A stretch of 64,000 bases of DNA from Candidatus Krumholzibacteriia bacterium (GTDB lineage Bacteria > Krumholzibacteriota > Krumholzibacteriia > JAJRXK01), in assembly GCA_041484665.1 (NCBI GenBank), contig JBGPIA010000014.1:32001-96000 (forward strand). The letters run 5' to 3'. Both the position numbers and the translations under genes were made by a program. Positions within the stretch are counted from its first letter, which is position 1; each line of letters starts with the position of its first letter. Below the pieces are notes generated by a model that worked only from the letters and a program-made list of their open reading frames with translations, had not been told where the DNA came from and did not search any database. Shown here one piece after another: positions 60,001 to 64,000 of the stretch.

Positions 60001-62672
60001 CCCGCGACGTCCCCTTGGTACTCCAGCAGCAGGACCATGTGGATACCGCTGTAGTTCGAGAAGAAGGGGACCTTCACGACCATGGTGTCGCGCTCGGAGT
60101 AGGCGAATACCGTCGTGAGATCCACCTGCGCGACGGCGTTGTGCGCGTCGTCGCTCTCGGGCGCGAGCTCGCTGGCCGCCGCCAGCCCCGGGCTGATCTC
60201 CAGTCGCAGCTCAGCCGAAGGCTGTGGCAGGGAAGCCAGCGTGGCGGTCACCTCCACCAGTCCGAAGGCCTGCGGGCGCGTGGCCACCTCGAAGCTGGCC
60301 GTCCCATCAGCGGCCAACGCCACCGTGGCAGGGAAGGACTGGATGATCGCCGCCGGCCCCGCGGCAATTGTCACCTGCGCTCCGGCCACGGGGCTGGCGT
60401 TGCCGAATGCGTCCTCTGCGCGCAGGGTGAACTGCATCCGCCCCAGAGCCGCCACGCGCCCCCCCAGGCTCAGCCGCCGCGGGGTGTCCGGGGCAACGAT
60501 GAAGACGAGTGGCTCGCTGAAGATGCTGTCGCTGGGCACGGCGAAGGCGCGCAGCGTGAACGTGTCGGCGACGGTGGAGGTGAAGGCCACGTTCCCCTCG
60601 CTGCCGAACGAGCCGTCGCTCTGCGTGGTGGCCGTCGAGGGCGCCACCTGCGCGCCCGCAGGATCGATCCGGAAGCCGATGTCCAGATCGGGCAGACGCA
60701 CGTTGTTGTTGCTCACGTCCTTGAGCTGACCCTGCAGGCGCAAGCTGCCGCCAGCGACCATGCGCGTTCCCTCGGCGGTGAGCGCGATCGAGCTGGGCTG
60801 CACGGGCAGCACGCCGGTCTCCAGGATCGCCGCGGCCGCCGTCGGATGGGTGGCACGCAAGCGGACCACCTCTTGGCGGTCGTCGGTGAACAGCAGCGTC
60901 GCCCGCGCGGTGGGTGGATCCCCCGTAGCGGGATTCCAGCGCGCGGGGTCCAGCAGCGGCTGGGCGCTGGCCGCCGTGTCGGGCAGCGTCCAGTACGTCA
61001 CCGCCCCTTCGGGTGCGATGCTGGGGTCCATCGTGGTGGCCGTGAGGGTGACGCTCCCTTTGACCGCATCATCCAGGATCGCCTCGAAGCCGTCGTCGTC
61101 CACGAAGCCCACCTGCAGCGGCAGATACGCGTAGAAGTGAACGCTGGGGATGCTCACGGTGGTGAAGGCCGCGCTGATGGGTTGGGTGGGCCCGCTGCTC
61201 GTGCTGGTGCCCAGCGGATAGAATGCCAGCCGTGTCGCGCGCACGATGCGCAGGTCCAAAGTGCCCAGGTCGGTCACGCTGTCGTTGGCAACCACCACGT
61301 CCTGCTGAATCGGTTTGTAGCCCGTGAGCAGGCCGATGCGCGGGTCGTCGGAGAATGGGCCGGCCAACAGCCGGTAGCTGCCGTCGGACACAGGGCGCAG
61401 GCTGACCACTAGCGGCGCGCTGGGGGGGACGGTCGCCTCGGCGATCACCTCATTCTGCGTGACGTCCGCCGGGAGGAGCACGACGTCGAGCGTAAACGTA
61501 CGCTGCGTGGCCTGTGGGCCGTCGGCGAAGCGGAACGCCACGTCCACACCGCCGTTCACCTTGAGTGCCAGAAAGTCGATGCCCGCGACCTCGGCCCCCT
61601 CGGCCACGGCCACGCCGGCGTGCAATGGAGCCAGGTAGAACCGGCTGTCGATCTTCACCGTGTAGGTTCCCGCGGCCAGCCGCGAGAGGAGGTAGGGGCC
61701 GCCGCCGGGCGGGGTCTTCACCCGCGCGACCTCGACGGTCCCGTCGCGCAGCGCGACCACGTTGATCTGCGTGGTGGTGTCCAGCGGGTCGGAGAGCGTC
61801 AGCGTGCCGCGGATGCGACCGTTGGGCGGCCAGCCCAGGTCGGGGACGCCATCGCCGTCGGCATCGACGGTGAAGACCAGCGGCGCATCGATCACGCGGT
61901 CGGTGGACTGATCGGGCATCGATTCGGGCGAGAGGGAGTCGCCGCCGCCGACCTGCGCCACCACCACGGCGATGCGCGTGCCGGGGGGCACCTGCGCCGC
62001 GGCGTTCGGATAGAGGACGTTCCACGGGATGAACAGCTCGTAGCCCGTGTTGCCCGCCAGGTCCTTGGCCTGCGTGATCGCGTTGACCCGGTTGACCGGG
62101 CTGTTGGGATCGGCGAGATCGAGAAAGCCCAGGTCGTAGCGGCCGGCCCAGTTGGTGAACCCGAAGTCGCACCCGAAGCCCGAGCCGACGGTCAGCGGCC
62201 GCCAGAGATTGCGGCTGATGGCGCCCAGCGCGTTCTGGTTGATGAGGCTCAGATCGGCGATGCCCGTGCGTTTGCCGTAGTCCACGTCGATGTACAGATT
62301 GACGCTGTTCTGCCCGGATTGGCCTGCTGGCACGTCCCACAGGGCGCCGCTGACGGCGAGGTAGATCCCGCCGGGGTCCCAGGTGACCCGCAGACCCTGG
62401 AGATCGTTGAAAGGCCCCCACGCGCTGTCGCCCACGGGGTCCTCGTAGAAGAGCTCGTCGGCATCCCAGTCGGCGGCGTCGACCTGTGCCACTCCGTCCA
62501 CGTTCGGGGAATTGTAGGTCGTCGCCCGCGCGGGCTCCGCCCTCAGCGCCGCACACGTCAGCAGGGCCAGCAACCAGAGCCGCGCCAGAAGCGGCGGCAG
62601 AGATGGGAGCAAAGGTTGCGGCAGCGGTAGCGCCGGCGGCTGGTACGGCCGGCGGCGCTGCGCGACACCCAT
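57036..62672 (-). CDS. Giant (1878 aa) secreted multi-domain protein with DOMON/glucodextranase-C-like and Ig domains and NPFSPNGDG C-terminal domain
   Basis: TGATG overlap with GH13 stop; signal peptide; DSLRDDHGP..YQYPT..FDL DOMON-like; LRDDGLEGDAAAGDGLY; PNPFSPNGDG..WDGKD..G..VPTGIY. Confidence 0.82.
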   Translation of the reverse strand: MGVAQRRRPYQPPALPLPQPLLPSLPPLLARLWLLALLTCAALRAEPARATTYNSPNVDGVAQVDAADWDADELFYEDPVGDSAWGPFNDLQGLRVTWDPGGIYLAVSGALWDVPAGQSGQNSVNLYIDVDYGKRTGIADLSLINQNALGAISRNLWRPLTVGSGFGCDFGFTNWAGRYDLGFLDLADPNSPVNRVNAITQAKDLAGNTGYELFIPWNVLYPNAAAQVPPGTRIAVVVAQVGGGDSLSPESMPDQSTDRVIDAPLVFTVDADGDGVPDLGWPPNGRIRGTLTLSDPLDTTTQINVVALRDGTVEVARVKTPPGGGPYLLSRLAAGTYTVKIDSRFYLAPLHAGVAVAEGAEVAGIDFLALKVNGGVDVAFRFADGPQATQRTFTLDVVLLPADVTQNEVIAEATVPPSAPLVVSLRPVSDGSYRLLAGPFSDDPRIGLLTGYKPIQQDVVVANDSVTDLGTLDLRIVRATRLAFYPLGTSTSSGPTQPISAAFTTVSIPSVHFYAYLPLQVGFVDDDGFEAILDDAVKGSVTLTATTMDPSIAPEGAVTYWTLPDTAASAQPLLDPARWNPATGDPPTARATLLFTDDRQEVVRLRATHPTAAAAILETGVLPVQPSSIALTAEGTRMVAGGSLRLQGQLKDVSNNNVRLPDLDIGFRIDPAGAQVAPSTATTQSDGSFGSEGNVAFTSTVADTFTLRAFAVPSDSIFSEPLVFIVAPDTPRRLSLGGRVAALGRMQFTLRAEDAFGNASPVAGAQVTIAAGPAAIIQSFPATVALAADGTASFEVATRPQAFGLVEVTATLASLPQPSAELRLEISPGLAAASELAPESDDAHNAVAQVDLTTVFAYSERDTMVVKVPFFSNYSGIHMVLLLEYQGDVAGAVTDYFGFPVSYAHPLLPDYVFTYKYQADNYADFRRPPPGGDPNGWEWYDVGTRTWVTTFADGVDARKASWVRKTDRDVTFRVPVSLFGSAFVVGQDSVRLQVYVTQEETCKRPALDSSPDDATADMVPLLPGVDWCQQLPASVTLHNWGGTVLVETISSLALDDVGFTPPQVTQGETALLTARPVFRAQPPPSPSFQVFADLSALGGEQVVPLRDDGLEGDAAAGDGLYSLRWSVSRSTFAGEPEAVISALELSSGARARARAKLTITGQPELVPILAVQDSLRDDHGPDQQGRQYLYYQYPTSGVFFDGVFDLKKLEIFDLDQDLLFRVTLRDLTDPSEPGAADWKAVYPRDANCPAGSRVDLNLQNVIVLVDSKDGGSTKLPQNRWADVAPQDAWEYALVADGWWKGLVSSNGSSSSGSWVVDRNDETLFFCASSDANTIDIFVRKDKLGLSASADSATVNAAVRRWDTIVTLSGHDGDSNDDNWGAVRWVNEGIAEWQFGGGKNGDSGRERDPNIVDVLAHAGTGKHPGRAQQEQLDFLTADAQRRFQDGQVAVRLEAQQLIDTAPPKVTFLRSVGRALTSWPILRDGPIAVLATVEDETGVDWANLLWRGLGESRGNERTVPLGHLRSDLEKGVIWVADIRWDDIVGQGVTNLVQRTLPDGSTQSVRYLVVSFDAQDLVGNRTDPAARQEFLLELPVQPVDSLTYPIDRALLQGVDTYSLDLPEGSRLRVDAAILRGVLPAGNGGRLELTYEAAAHGTLDLTPRGDNNETVLTAGNRFLGTARRLTLRAVAGDSTMTEISVLPQVAELSLHFPRYDAGGDPPADLQLFHWTERAGRWVLAGGHGERGGSTVTARVRELGLYGTFTKSSQVDADAIVTGLQLSPNPFSPNGDGLHDLLSVSYVLPQETREAIVEVYDLRGARVRTLLLFQGEATTNRTLGLQWDGKDELGHEVPTGIYIVRVQVRGSQIDRWERQSKAVAVVR

Positions 62673-64000
62673 CAGGATCGCTCCGAGCGGATCTCCAACA
62701 CGATGCCCGACACCGGCGGCGCCACGATCTTCAGAACGCCGCGGCCGACCGTAAGCGTCCCCCCCACGGGCGTGATCTCGCTGGCCACTCCCAGGACCGG
62801 TGTCGCCGTGGCGCCGTCGGCGATGCCTGCATTGCCCACGGGGAGGATCGTGGTGGTCGCCGACTCGCCATTGTTGAGCACGACCAGCAACCGCCGCCCC
62901 TGGTGCTCGCGCAGGTAGGCGAAGACGTCGCCGCTGGCCAGCACCGTCTGGAAGGCCCCCAGGCTCAGTTCCGGATGCGCGCGGCGCAGCGCCGTCACCC
63001 GCCGGTAGTGCTCCAGGACCTGCTTGCGGGCGGGCACGTCGATCTGGCTCCAGGGCATGGTGCGGCGGCAATCGGGATCCTTGTCACCCGCCAGCCCCAG
63101 CTCGTCGCCATAGTAGATGTGCGGGGCCCCCAGGTACGTCATGGCGAAGGTCGCGGCCAGCATCAGACGCCGCACGTCGCCGCCGGCGACGTTCAGCAGG
63201 CGCACCGTATCGTGGCTATCCACGAGGTTCATCTGGGCGCGCACGGCCTGGATGGGATAGCGCGTGCGGCCCGGAGCCAGCTCCTGGTCGAAGGTGGCCG
63301 CGTTGCCCTGGCGCTGGCCGATCCACTTCACCACAGGGTCCTTGAAGTAGCGGTAGTTCATCACCGCATCGAAGACGTGCGGGTTGATCCAGGCACCCGC
63401 GTCGCCCCAGATTTCGCCGATCAGGACATGGTCGGGCTTGATCTGCCGGCAGCGTTCCCGGAACAGGCCCCAGAACCAGAAGGGCACCTCGTTGGGCACG
63501 TCGAGACGGAAGCCGCTGCAGCCGAGCTTGCCCATCCAGTACTCGGGGATCTGCAGCACATAGTCCACCACCGCGCTGTTCACCTTGGCCTGCGCGATGT
63601 CGACGATCCCGTTCTCCTGGGCGTTGGGGCGTGAGAGGTCGTAGTTGAGGTTGGGGTGCAGACCGAAACCCCACCAGCAGTCGTAGTAGTCGCTGGCCTT
63701 CGCGTCCGACGGCAGCGGCCAGCTGGGCGGCCGCTTCTGCCACTCGTACCAGTCGTAGTAGGGGCTGTCCTTCCACTTGGCGATCGCATCCTGGAACGCG
63801 AAGTGGCAGTCACCGGTGTGATTGAGAGCCATGTCCACGATCACGCGGATGCCAGCCTCGGCGCAGCGGCGCGTCATCTCGGCGAACTCGGCATCGGTGC
63901 CCAGATGCGGGTCGAGCTTCAGGTAGTCGCAGGCGTCGTAGCGGTGGTTGCTGCGCGCGTCGTTGACCGGATTGAAGTAGATGATCGTGATCCCCAGGCT
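62672..64000 (-). CDS. GH13 alpha-amylase family enzyme (neopullulanase/cyclomaltodextrinase-like), 5' end off window
   Basis: SNHRYD..DY..DPHLG, DMALNH, GFRLDV, IGEIW, DSHD, IYYGDELG..DPDCRR. Confidence 0.94.
   Translation of the reverse strand, partial: SLGITIIYFNPVNDARSNHRYDACDYLKLDPHLGTDAEFAEMTRRCAEAGIRVIVDMALNHTGDCHFAFQDAIAKWKDSPYYDWYEWQKRPPSWPLPSDAKASDYYDCWWGFGLHPNLNYDLSRPNAQENGIVDIAQAKVNSAVVDYVLQIPEYWMGKLGCSGFRLDVPNEVPFWFWGLFRERCRQIKPDHVLIGEIWGDAGAWINPHVFDAVMNYRYFKDPVVKWIGQRQGNAATFDQELAPGRTRYPIQAVRAQMNLVDSHDTVRLLNVAGGDVRRLMLAATFAMTYLGAPHIYYGDELGLAGDKDPDCRRTMPWSQIDVPARKQVLEHYRRVTALRRAHPELSLGAFQTVLASGDVFAYLREHQGRRLLVVLNNGESATTTILPVGNAGIADGATATPVLGVASEITPVGGTLTVGRGVLKIVAPPVSGIVLEIRSERS

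Overview
Very GC-rich bacterial DNA, probably from an FCB-group lineage such as Eisenbacteria, Krumholzibacteriota or Latescibacterota. This is inferred from the FlgD-Ig/NPFNP C-terminal sorting domains, a C-terminal WGxIK tail and a PorV/UPF0164-like gene. All product calls come from reading motifs by eye; no searches were run. The window has five parts. (1) 1-9.6 kb: nucleoside transporter, MgtC, oligoendopeptidase F, tryptophanase, ferredoxin and an NfnAB/SudAB-like pair, i.e. peptide and amino-acid catabolism with anaerobic-type redox enzymes. (2) 9.7-24.6 kb: a minus-strand run of about 20 small accessory genes (VOC, GNAT, methyltransferases, GH47, kinase-TPR, ankyrin, SnoaL) with several pseudogenes and gene relics. 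(3) 24.9-33.3 kb: ABC exporter, epoxide hydrolase and a 783-aa DUF222-like/HNH gene. That gene carries a quasi-palindromic DNA motif in five copies and two reading frames, behind a near-consensus promoter and an RBS-occluding hairpin. (4) 33.4-39.7 kb: a large secreted zincin with a partner gene, and a class II amidotransferase. (5) 40.1-64 kb: a minus-strand alpha-glucan (starch/glycogen/maltodextrin) utilisation locus of more than 24 kb that runs off the window. It encodes GH13, secreted GH57, a MalEFG-like transporter, CBM20/CBM48 proteins, two putative outer-membrane beta-barrels (one fused to CBM48), a PorV-like protein and three different C-terminal sorting signals; no SusC/D pair is visible. 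No tRNA, rRNA, CRISPR array, transposase or integrase was recognised.
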